From: an uncultured Bacteroides sp.
Lineage (GTDB): Bacteria > Bacteroidota > Bacteroidia > Bacteroidales > GCA-2748055
DNA length: 64,000 nt
Direction of reading: 5' to 3'
Assembly: GCA_964579515.1 (NCBI GenBank)
Contig: CAZOHA010000001.1
Location: 163,484 to 227,483 of the forward strand
Shown: positions 29,853 through 38,353 of the stretch, in pieces
Layout: each line of letters starts with the position of its first letter
Numbering within the stretch: the stretch's first letter is position 1
Notes under the pieces: generated by a model
Seen by the model: only the letters and a program-made list of their open reading frames with translations
The model's database searches: none
What the model was told of the DNA's origin: nothing
Made by a program: the position numbers and the translations under genes

Positions 29853-31628
29853 ATGAAGATATATCAATCAGTTATCTGGGTGATTCTTGTGGTTCTTGTC
29901 TTTGGGTGCAAGGACGGGTATATTGACGATATCACCCCCAAAGAACCGGGATCGGATGAAGGAGCACCCGAGGTAACGATCAACTATCCGAGAGAAGGCA
30001 CCGAGATCAAAGTGTTTGAGCCGGTGACCACCATCGATATCGATTTTGAGGTGAGGGACGACATCGAGATCGCATCCATCTCTATACTTTTCGACGGCAG
30101 CGAGATCGAGAATATGACCGAGTTCCTTGACTACCGTATTGTGAAGGAGGAATACTCTTATGATAACGTGACCGACGGACAGCACACCATCGAGATCACC
30201 GCCACCGACCTGGAGGGGAACAGCACCACCGGGTCGGTCACCTTCGAAAAGGTGCCTCCCTACCAGCCCAAATACAGGGGCGAGGCATTCTATATGCCGT
30301 TCGACGATGACTATATGGACCTGGTGAGCGTCACCTTACCCACGGAGGAGGGGACTCCAGGATTTGCAGGTGAAGGGGTTGCCGGTGGAGATGCGTATGC
30401 AGGAGCGGCTAATTCTTACCTGACCTTTCCCACGGATGGTTTCACCAATGACGAATTCAGCGCCTCTTTCTGGCTGAATGTCAACGGCACCCCTGACCGG
30501 GCCGGAATCCTGGTGGCCGGTCCTCCCGATCCGGAAAATCCGGGGGCACCGAACAACCGCAACAATGGCTTCCGGTTCTTCCGGGAAGCTGCCGGTGAGG
30601 AACAGCGGTTCAAGCTGAACATCGGAAGCGGCGACACCGATACCTGGTTCGACGGCGGGGAGAGTGCGGATGTGGATCCCGCCACCTCGGATTGGGTCCA
30701 TTTGGCCTTCTCCATTGAAAGTGGATATGCCACGGTATACATTAACGGGAATGTGGTTAGTGAAGGGGAGTTTCCCGGAATCGACTGGACCGGAGTGGAG
30801 ATCTTCTCGATCATGTCAGGAGCGCCCAACTTCACCGGATGGAACCACTTTTCGGACGAGAGCTGGATGGACGAACTGCGGATGTTCACCGTGGCACTTA
30901 CCCAGTCGGAAATTCAGCAGATTATTACCGATGACGGCGGATCGGTGGGTCCGGGGACCGAATTCGAGGAGATCTTCTACATGCCGTTCGACGAGGATTA
31001 TGTGGAGGTCGTCTCAGGAGAGGGTGCGATTGTGGAGGGGACACCCGGATTTGCCGGAGAAGCAAAGGACGGAACAGACGCCTATGCAGGTGCCGCCGAT
31101 TCGTACCTGACCTTCCCTGCGGATGGTCTGATGAATCCCGAATTCAGCGCCACCTTCTGGGTGACGGTGAACGATACTCCCGACAGGGCGGGAATCCTGG
31201 TGATCAGTCCGCCGGATCCGGATAATCCGGATACTCCCAATAAACGGACCAGCGGATTGCGGTTTTTCCGTGAAAAGCGTGGGGAAAACCAGATCTACAA
31301 ATTGAACGTGGGAGTGGGAGACGGAGAAGTCTGGGTCGATGGAGGCGATGATGCAGTGCTGGTTCCCAACACCGGGAACTGGGAGCATGTGGCGTTCACA
31401 GTTGCCGCCGATTCGGCCCGGATCTATCTGAACGGTTCCATGGTGGCTTCCAATGAGGTGACCGGAATCGACTGGACCGACTGCGACATCATGTCCATCA
31501 TGTCCGGTGCACCGCGATTCGTGGGATGGGACCACTGGTCGGATGAAAGCTATTTGGACGAACTGCGGATCTTTGACAGGGCGCTGACACAGGAGGAGAT
31601 CGACGAGATCATCAGCTCGGACAATTAA
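29853..31628 (+). CDS. Surface lipoprotein with an Ig-like N-terminal domain and two tandem LamG/concanavalin-A-like domains (candidate surface glycan-binding protein)
   Basis: Lipoprotein signal (LVFGCKDG). Two roughly 228-aa internal repeats both carry FYMPFD(D/E)DY...GTPGFAGE...DAYAGAA(N/D)SYLTFP...TPDRAGILV...LDELR(M/I)F. Confidence 0.7.
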   Translation: MKIYQSVIWVILVVLVFGCKDGYIDDITPKEPGSDEGAPEVTINYPREGTEIKVFEPVTTIDIDFEVRDDIEIASISILFDGSEIENMTEFLDYRIVKEEYSYDNVTDGQHTIEITATDLEGNSTTGSVTFEKVPPYQPKYRGEAFYMPFDDDYMDLVSVTLPTEEGTPGFAGEGVAGGDAYAGAANSYLTFPTDGFTNDEFSASFWLNVNGTPDRAGILVAGPPDPENPGAPNNRNNGFRFFREAAGEEQRFKLNIGSGDTDTWFDGGESADVDPATSDWVHLAFSIESGYATVYINGNVVSEGEFPGIDWTGVEIFSIMSGAPNFTGWNHFSDESWMDELRMFTVALTQSEIQQIITDDGGSVGPGTEFEEIFYMPFDEDYVEVVSGEGAIVEGTPGFAGEAKDGTDAYAGAADSYLTFPADGLMNPEFSATFWVTVNDTPDRAGILVISPPDPDNPDTPNKRTSGLRFFREKRGENQIYKLNVGVGDGEVWVDGGDDAVLVPNTGNWEHVAFTVAADSARIYLNGSMVASNEVTGIDWTDCDIMSIMSGAPRFVGWDHWSDESYLDELRIFDRALTQEEIDEIISSDN

Positions 31629-31643
31629 AATCTGAACTCATTT

Positions 31644-31717
31644 GTCATGCATTCCCCTATTTTGCTGAAAGTCGATGTTAACAATGATTTACAGGCTTAT
31701 TTACGGGAATGCATGGC
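31644..31717 (+). other. Long-range inverted repeat (11-13 bp arms) in the intra-PUL intergenic region
   Basis: CATGCATTCCC (31646-31656) pairs perfectly with GGGAATGCATG (31705-31715), spacer 48 nt. It can be extended by a G-C and a G-U pair. Confidence 0.35.
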
Positions 31718-31738
31718 ATTTAAAACTGCCTGACCGCC

Positions 31739-33718
31739 ATGAGATTTCCCGGACATCTGTTGCTGTTCATCCTTCTCGCTTTGTTCGCGGGATCCTGCAA
31801 CAATGATCCTTCACCGGGGCAGGGGGAAGGGATGAACCTGCTTACCCTGCGGGTGGGGGGCTATGACCTGCTTACGGGCGATCCTTCCGATGTCCCCGCA
31901 TATGACCGGATCTTCCTGACCTTTTCGTGTCCGGTCGACACCGCAGGGATCCGGAATGAGATCGGACTCACCCGGGAGAACGAGCCCGAAGCCTACAGCG
32001 TACAAACCCTCGACAACAACCAGTCGATTATACTGGTGCTGGATACCACTCTTCTGGAGGGACGCGACTACCGCATCTCCATTTCGGGTGAACTGAATGG
32101 AAGTTGCGGGCGATTTGAGGGTCTGGAGCAGGAGTTCTCCATCCGCATAACTCCGATGGATCTGGTATCGGTCCGTTCAGGGGACAACGAGGCCAATCTT
32201 CTCTCCGGACGTCTCGGCGGACTGGGGGTGCAGCCGGAGATTACTGTCGAATTCTCCGATGAGGTGCCTCTGGATGCTTTTCGCCGGGCTGTTTCCCTGG
32301 CAGGTCCGGGCTCCCCAGCTGCTTACTCCGTCAGTCAGGAGGATCCGGCCACTTTCCGGATGGCTTTCCAGAGTGACCTGGAGGGATTCGCCAACTACAG
32401 GCTGTTCATCTCGGAGGAGCTGGAATCCACCTTCGGGCGCCCGTTCCCGGGTGCCGAGCTGGATTTGTTTACCGATGGGGATTCCACCTACAAATTCCCG
32501 GAGATAACGGATGGGGAGTTGCTCACAAAAATCCAGGAGTATACCTTCCGGTATTTCTGGGATTTCGGTCACCCTGTCAGCGGCCTGGCCCGGGAACGGA
32601 ACAGCTCGGGCGACCTGGTCACCATCGGGGGATCGGGATTCGGGGTAATGGCCATCATCGTCGGAATCGAGCGGGGATTTGTCACCAGGGCAGAGGGAGT
32701 GGAGCGGCTGAACACCATCGTCGATTTCCTGGGCAACCAGGCCGACCGGTTCCACGGGGTGTGGCCGCATTGGCTGTCAGGTACTACGGGGAGCGTTATA
32801 CCGTTCAGTAGCAAGGATAACGGGGGCGACCTGGTGGAGACCGCCTTTATGATCCATGGCCTCTATACCCTCAGGCAGTACCTGGACGATTCGGTACCTT
32901 CCGAGAACTCATTGATCGCCAGGATCAACAGTCTGATCGACGGGGTGGAGTGGGACTGGTACACCCGGGGAGGACAAAATGTACTTTACTGGCACTGGTC
33001 GCCCGAGTATCAGTGGGAGATCAACCTTCCCATCCGTGGTTGGAACGAAGCCCTTATCATCTATGTGCTGGCAGCCTCCTCCACCACCCATCCCATCGAC
33101 CGGGAGACCTACGAGCAGGGCTGGGCCCGGAGCGGAGGGATCCGGAACGATGCCGGGAACACCTATTATGGATATCAGCTGCCCCTGAGAAGTGATATGG
33201 GGGGACCGCTTTTTTTTGCCCACTATTCATTTCTGGGGCTCGATCCACGGAACCTGGAAGATCAGTATGCCAACTACTGGGAACAGAACAGGATCCATAC
33301 CCTGATCAACAGGGCCTACTGTGTGGCCAATCCCAAACAGTACATCGGTTACAGCTCCCGCTGCTGGGGACTGACCGCCAGCGATGGCAACGGAGGCTAT
33401 TCCGCGCACAGTCCAGGTAACGACCGGGGAGTTATTACTCCAACAGCGGCCCTCTCCTCCATCCCCTATACACCGGAAGAATCGATGAAAGCGGCCCGGT
33501 TCTTCTATTATGTACTGGGCGATAAGCTCTGGGGGGAGTATGGATTTCATGACGCCTTCAACCTCACCAGCGGCTGGTTCGCCGATTCTTACCTGGCCAT
33601 CGACCAGGGACCCATCATCTGCATGATCGAGAATTACCGGACCGGACTGCTCTGGGATCTTTTCATGTCGGACAGGGAGATACAGGAGGGGCTCGATAAG
33701 CTGGGATTCACCTATTAA
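31739..33718 (+). CDS. Glucoamylase-like (PF10091-type, GH144-like) lipoprotein with a roughly 210-aa N-terminal Ig-like extension
   Basis: Lipoprotein signal (LFAGSCNND). The core carries FRYFWDFGHPVSGLARER, GGSGFGVMAIIVGIERGF, LYWHWSP and LAIDQGPI. Paralog of 33737-35095. Confidence 0.65.
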   Translation: MRFPGHLLLFILLALFAGSCNNDPSPGQGEGMNLLTLRVGGYDLLTGDPSDVPAYDRIFLTFSCPVDTAGIRNEIGLTRENEPEAYSVQTLDNNQSIILVLDTTLLEGRDYRISISGELNGSCGRFEGLEQEFSIRITPMDLVSVRSGDNEANLLSGRLGGLGVQPEITVEFSDEVPLDAFRRAVSLAGPGSPAAYSVSQEDPATFRMAFQSDLEGFANYRLFISEELESTFGRPFPGAELDLFTDGDSTYKFPEITDGELLTKIQEYTFRYFWDFGHPVSGLARERNSSGDLVTIGGSGFGVMAIIVGIERGFVTRAEGVERLNTIVDFLGNQADRFHGVWPHWLSGTTGSVIPFSSKDNGGDLVETAFMIHGLYTLRQYLDDSVPSENSLIARINSLIDGVEWDWYTRGGQNVLYWHWSPEYQWEINLPIRGWNEALIIYVLAASSTTHPIDRETYEQGWARSGGIRNDAGNTYYGYQLPLRSDMGGPLFFAHYSFLGLDPRNLEDQYANYWEQNRIHTLINRAYCVANPKQYIGYSSRCWGLTASDGNGGYSAHSPGNDRGVITPTAALSSIPYTPEESMKAARFFYYVLGDKLWGEYGFHDAFNLTSGWFADSYLAIDQGPIICMIENYRTGLLWDLFMSDREIQEGLDKLGFTY

Positions 33719-33736
33719 TCCAATCATCTGATCAGC

Positions 33737-35095
33737 ATGAGAATATCCATCATTCTTACAGGATTCACCACCCTTCTGCTCACTCAGTGCGGTCCGGAAA
33801 GAGGTACGGGGGAAGAAACCGGCACTTCAGGGGCGTACGATCCGCAGAAGATCTCCGGGGACTCCCTGCTCACCCTGGTCCAGTATCAGACATTCCGGTA
33901 TTTCTGGGACAATGCCGAATCCACCTCCGGGCTGGCTCCGGAACGGACCCACATGGACGGGATCTATCCCCAGGATGATTCCACAGTGGTTACCTCGGGT
34001 GGTTCGGGATTCGGGCTGATGGCGATCCTGGTTGGTATCGAACGGGGATTTATCACCCGGGAAGAGGCGGTGGACCGATACCACCATATCATGGACTTCC
34101 TGGAGCGTGCCGACCGTTTTCATGGGGTTTATCCCCACTGGTGGGAAGGAACAACCGGGAAGGTGAAACCCTTCAGCCGGAAAGATGATGGCGGCGACCT
34201 GGTGGAGACAGCCTTTCTGATGCAGGGTTTGCTCACTGTCAGGGAGTATTTCAGGAACGGAAACGACCGGGAGCGGCGACTGGTGGAGAGGATCACCCGG
34301 GTCTGGGAGGAGGTGGAGTGGAACTGGCATACCAGAGGCGGGGAGGATATCCTCTACTGGCACTGGTCGCCCAATTACGGATGGGAGATGGATTTCGGAG
34401 TGAGGGGATATAATGAATGTTTGATCATGTATATCCTGGCCGCTTCCTCTCCCACCTATCCCATCGATCCGGGTCCATACCACCAGGGGTGGGCGCGTAA
34501 TGGGGCAATTGCCGACGATACCACTTACCTGGGCTATGAAACCGAGCTGGATCATTATGCCGGTGGTGACGCTCCTGTGGGGCCGCTTTTCTGGGCGCAC
34601 TATTCCTACCTGGGATTCGATCCCAGGGGCAGCTCAGACCGTTATGGCGACTACTGGAAGCTGAACCGGAATCATGCATTGATCCATTACCGGTACTGCG
34701 TGAATAATCCCGGTAACCATGAAGGGTACGGGGAGAAGATCTGGGGACTGACCTCCAGCTACTCCATGCGGGGATATGCCGGTCACCGGCCCGGAGAGGA
34801 TCCGGGGGTGATCTCACCCACGGCTGCTCTTTCCAGCTTTCCTTACACACCGGAGGAGAGCATGCGGTTTTTGAAATACCTCTATTTTGAAGCCGACTCG
34901 CTGGTGGGGGAGTATGGTCCCTACGACGCATTCAGCCATGAACACGATTGGTATCTCCCCCGCTACCTGGCCATCGACCAGGGCCCCATCCCGGTAATGA
35001 TCGAGAACCACCGCAGCGGATTGCTGTGGGACCTGTTCATGAAGGTCCCGGAGGTACAGGAAGGATTAAAGAAACTTGGATTCACCACCAATTAG
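33737..35095 (+). CDS. Glucoamylase-like (PF10091-type, GH144-like; candidate endo-beta-1,2-glucanase) lipoprotein
   Basis: Lipoprotein signal (LLLTQCGPE). Motifs FRYFWDNAESTSGLAPER, GGSGFGLMAILVGIERGF, LYWHWSP and LAIDQGPI. Confidence 0.65.
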   Translation: MRISIILTGFTTLLLTQCGPERGTGEETGTSGAYDPQKISGDSLLTLVQYQTFRYFWDNAESTSGLAPERTHMDGIYPQDDSTVVTSGGSGFGLMAILVGIERGFITREEAVDRYHHIMDFLERADRFHGVYPHWWEGTTGKVKPFSRKDDGGDLVETAFLMQGLLTVREYFRNGNDRERRLVERITRVWEEVEWNWHTRGGEDILYWHWSPNYGWEMDFGVRGYNECLIMYILAASSPTYPIDPGPYHQGWARNGAIADDTTYLGYETELDHYAGGDAPVGPLFWAHYSYLGFDPRGSSDRYGDYWKLNRNHALIHYRYCVNNPGNHEGYGEKIWGLTSSYSMRGYAGHRPGEDPGVISPTAALSSFPYTPEESMRFLKYLYFEADSLVGEYGPYDAFSHEHDWYLPRYLAIDQGPIPVMIENHRSGLLWDLFMKVPEVQEGLKKLGFTTN

Positions 35096-35101
35096 AAGAT
35101 C

Positions 35102-37429
35102 ATGAAAACTCATCAGACTACCTTGTTGGTATTTACCATGATTATGGGGATGGCCGCCGCGTGCGATACCTCCCGGCAAAAAGTTTCCACGGCCGGTGCA
35201 GAGATCGAAGCCAGGGTCGACTCTCTGATGGCCCTGATGACCCTGGAGGAAAAGATCGGTCAGCTGAATGCGCCCGGGGCCGGCGATATCACCACCGGAC
35301 TGGCCAACAATACAGGGATCGTTCCCAAGGTGAAAGAAGGAAAAGTGGGGGCCCTGCTGAACATCCGGGGCATCGACAGGATCCATGAGGTTCAGCGCAT
35401 CGCCGTGGAAGAGAGCCGGCTGGGGATCCCCCTCATTTTCGCCATGGATGTGATCCACGGTCACAGAACATTGTTCCCGATTCCCCTGGGAATGGCCGCC
35501 TCCTGGGACATGGAAATGATCGAAAAATCGGCCCGGATGGCCGCTAAAGAGGCCTCTGCGGAAGGGATCGCCCTCACCTTTTCTCCCATGGTGGATATTT
35601 GCCGGGATCCCAGGTGGGGCCGGATCGCGGAGGGACCCGGGGAGGATCCGTTCCTGGGAAGTGAGATGGCCCGGGCCATGGTGAACGGATACCAGCAGGG
35701 GGACCTTTCCGATCCGCGGACCCTGATGGGGTGCGTGAAGCATTTTGCCCTGTACGGGGCAGCGGAAGCGGGGAGGGATTACAACACGGTAGAGATGAGC
35801 CGCCCCAGGATGTACAATGACTATTTTCCTCCTTTCATTGCCGCGGTGGATGCCGGAGTGGGCAGTGTGATGGCTGCATTCAACGATGTGGACGGGGTAC
35901 CGGCCACCGGTAACGAATGGCTGATGACCGGGGTGCTCCGGGAACAATGGAATTTTGACGGATTTGTGATTTCCGATTATACCGGGGTCAATGAAATGAT
36001 CGACCATGGTGTTGGAGAGGATCTCCTGGCTGTTTCGGCCCTGGCCCTGGAGGCGGGCATCGATATGGATATGGTGGGAGAGGGTTTTCTGACCACACTG
36101 GCCCGGTCGGTGGAACAGGGCATTATCAGTGAAGGACAGATCGATCAGGCCTGCCGGAGAGTGTTGACCGCCAAGTTCAAACTGGGCCTGTTCGACGATC
36201 CCTATCGCTACGGCGACCATGAGCGGGCTGCCGCAGAGGTATTCACCACGGAGAACAGGGAGTTTGCCCGCGAGGTGGCAGCCGCATCGTGTGTATTGCT
36301 GAAGAATGAGGGTGATCTTCTGCCCCTGGAGGGCAACGGGACCATCGGAGTGATCGGCCCGCTGGGGAACAACCGGGAGAATATGGCCGGCACGTGGAGT
36401 GTGGCGGGCGAGTTCAGCAAATGTGTCTCTCTGCTGGACGGGCTGGAGGAGGCCCTGGGCGACCGGGCTGAGATCCTTTATGCCAGGGGGTCCAATTTCG
36501 TAAGAGATCCGGATCTGGATGCCCGGATCAGTGTGTTCGGAAAACCCACTTACCGGGATGAACGGTCCGAACAGGCCATGTTGAGCGAGGCACTGGAGGT
36601 GGCCTCCCGGAGCGATGTGATCATCGCCGCCATCGGCGAGGCGGCCGAAATGTCGGGCGAGAGTTCCAGCCGTTCCGATATAGGGATCCCCGATGTCCAG
36701 ATGGACCTTCTGAAGGCACTGGTGAAATCAGGGAAACCGGTGGTCCTGGTCCTGTTCTCCGGAAGACCCCTGGCCATTCCGTGGGCGGCAGAGAATGTGC
36801 CGGCCATTCTGAACGTCTGGTTCGGGGGGACGGAGGCAGGGAATGCCATCTCAGATCTCCTGCTGGGAAAGGTCAATCCTTCGGGAAAACTCCCGGTTAC
36901 CTTTCCCAGGAACCTGGGACAGGTGCCGATCTATCATGCCATGAAATCGACCGGCCGGCCGCTGGAGGGAGAGTGGTTCCAGAAATTCCGCTCCAACTAC
37001 CTGGATATTCCTAATACCCCGCTCTACCCGTTCGGCCACGGGCTCAGCTACAGCAGTTTTGAATATGGTGAGATCCGGCTCGATAAAACCCGGGCCACCG
37101 GCGAAGAGACCCTCACCGCTTCGGTGGTGGTCACCAACACCGGACCTGTCGATGGCCATGAGATCGTGCAGCTCTATATCCACGATGTGGTGGCTTCCGC
37201 CACAAGGCCCGATAAAGAATTGAAGGGATTCCGGAAAGTGAGGATCCCTGCCGGGGAGAGTGTGGAGGTCACTTTCGGGATCACCCCGGAGCTCCTGAAA
37301 TACCACCGCTACAATGAAGACGCCGGTTTCAGGGAGATCATCCACGAGTGGGAGCCAGGCGAGTTCGAATTGATGATCGGGACCAGCTCCGTCCGGGTGG
37401 ATACGGCGAGGATCGTTTGGATGCGCTAG
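35102..37429 (+). CDS. Glycoside hydrolase family 3 beta-glucosidase lipoprotein
   Basis: Lipoprotein signal (GMAAACDTS). GH3 hallmarks KHFALYGAAEAGRDYN and GFVISDY (nucleophile Asp context), plus a C-terminal fibronectin-like domain. 775 aa. Confidence 0.93.
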   Translation: MKTHQTTLLVFTMIMGMAAACDTSRQKVSTAGAEIEARVDSLMALMTLEEKIGQLNAPGAGDITTGLANNTGIVPKVKEGKVGALLNIRGIDRIHEVQRIAVEESRLGIPLIFAMDVIHGHRTLFPIPLGMAASWDMEMIEKSARMAAKEASAEGIALTFSPMVDICRDPRWGRIAEGPGEDPFLGSEMARAMVNGYQQGDLSDPRTLMGCVKHFALYGAAEAGRDYNTVEMSRPRMYNDYFPPFIAAVDAGVGSVMAAFNDVDGVPATGNEWLMTGVLREQWNFDGFVISDYTGVNEMIDHGVGEDLLAVSALALEAGIDMDMVGEGFLTTLARSVEQGIISEGQIDQACRRVLTAKFKLGLFDDPYRYGDHERAAAEVFTTENREFAREVAAASCVLLKNEGDLLPLEGNGTIGVIGPLGNNRENMAGTWSVAGEFSKCVSLLDGLEEALGDRAEILYARGSNFVRDPDLDARISVFGKPTYRDERSEQAMLSEALEVASRSDVIIAAIGEAAEMSGESSSRSDIGIPDVQMDLLKALVKSGKPVVLVLFSGRPLAIPWAAENVPAILNVWFGGTEAGNAISDLLLGKVNPSGKLPVTFPRNLGQVPIYHAMKSTGRPLEGEWFQKFRSNYLDIPNTPLYPFGHGLSYSSFEYGEIRLDKTRATGEETLTASVVVTNTGPVDGHEIVQLYIHDVVASATRPDKELKGFRKVRIPAGESVEVTFGITPELLKYHRYNEDAGFREIIHEWEPGEFELMIGTSSVRVDTARIVWMR

Positions 37430-37438
37430 CCGGGTCTT

Positions 37439-37561
37439 TCATTCATACCTCAGTGCATCGGAGGGATTCAGGCGGGCTGCCCTTCTTCCCTGGAAATAGA
37501 CGGTGACCATGGCGAAGATCATCGCAATGAGAGCTGTCAACAGGAAGAAATGTACCCCCAT
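37439..37561 (-). pseudogene. Remnant of the C-terminus of an FtsX/MacB-type ABC permease (last TM helix plus tail)
   Basis: My own translation of the minus strand gives MGVHFFLLTALIAMIFAMVTVYFQGRRAARLNPSDALRYE-stop. The tail ARLNPSDALRYE is the typical FtsX-family C-terminal signature. Only 47 codons are open, and they directly abut the ZIP stop codon in the same frame. Confidence 0.55.
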
Positions 37562-37582
37562 CTGAATGAGGAAGATCCTTTC

Positions 37583-38329
37583 CTATCCGTTGGTTATGAA
37601 TTGAAATATCACCATCAGGATGGCCGCCATGGCTACGATCAGGGCCACATTCTCTTTTTTAGCATGGCCGAGTGCATCCGGGAGGATTTCGGAGGCCACC
37701 ATCCATATCATGGCTCCGCCGGCCAGGCCCAGTCCCACGGGCAGGTATTGTTTGAATGAATCGACGAACAGGAAGGCGGGCACGGCAAGGAGCGGTTGGG
37801 GGATGCTGGAGAACACCGCCCAGAGAAACACTTTCCACCAGCGGATCCCCATGGGCAGGAGCACGATGCTGATGGCGATCCCTTCGGGAATGTTATGGAC
37901 GGCAATGGCCACCGAGATGAACACCCCGAACCTGTTACCGTCCCCAAAAGCGACGCCCACCCCGATACCTTCGGCAAAGGAATGCAGGGTCATCACTCCC
38001 ACGATCATCAGGGCCTTCAATGCATCGGCCCCTCTCAGCTCACCGATCTGCACCCCATGATTGTCCGCCAGCTTCAGGTTCACCAGATGGATCAGGATCA
38101 GACCCGCCACGAATCCTGCGGCGGTTTTCCACAGGTGAAACGATAATCCTTCATCTACCAGCATGAAACTGGCCGCCAGCATTAAGCCTGCCGCCAGGGC
38201 ATTGGCATAACCCACATATTTCTTCTTAATACTCCTGACCAGCAGGAAGGGAATGGCACCAAGACCTGTGGCCACAGCAGTGATGCCGGCAAAGAGCAAT
38301 ACGGATAACCAGTGTATTTGAAAGGTCAA
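37583..38329 (-). CDS. ZIP-family divalent metal transporter (ZupT-like)
   Basis: 248 aa, about 8 TM segments. His-containing TM motifs HSFAEGIGVG and HNIPEGIAIS are typical of the ZIP family. It starts 24 nt after the upstream porin-cytochrome stop. Confidence 0.88.
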   Translation of the reverse strand: MTFQIHWLSVLLFAGITAVATGLGAIPFLLVRSIKKKYVGYANALAAGLMLAASFMLVDEGLSFHLWKTAAGFVAGLILIHLVNLKLADNHGVQIGELRGADALKALMIVGVMTLHSFAEGIGVGVAFGDGNRFGVFISVAIAVHNIPEGIAISIVLLPMGIRWWKVFLWAVFSSIPQPLLAVPAFLFVDSFKQYLPVGLGLAGGAMIWMVASEILPDALGHAKKENVALIVAMAAILMVIFQFITNG

Positions 38330-38353
38330 TCAGGTGAAGTATTATGTGAGTTG

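Noticed and set aside
35066-36220. 384-aa ORF on the minus strand inside the GH3 gene
   Set aside because: It is a shadow ORF antisense to a gene with clear GH3 motifs. Its His/Pro/Gly/Arg-rich composition is typical of wrong-frame reading in GC-rich DNA, and it has no recognisable motif.
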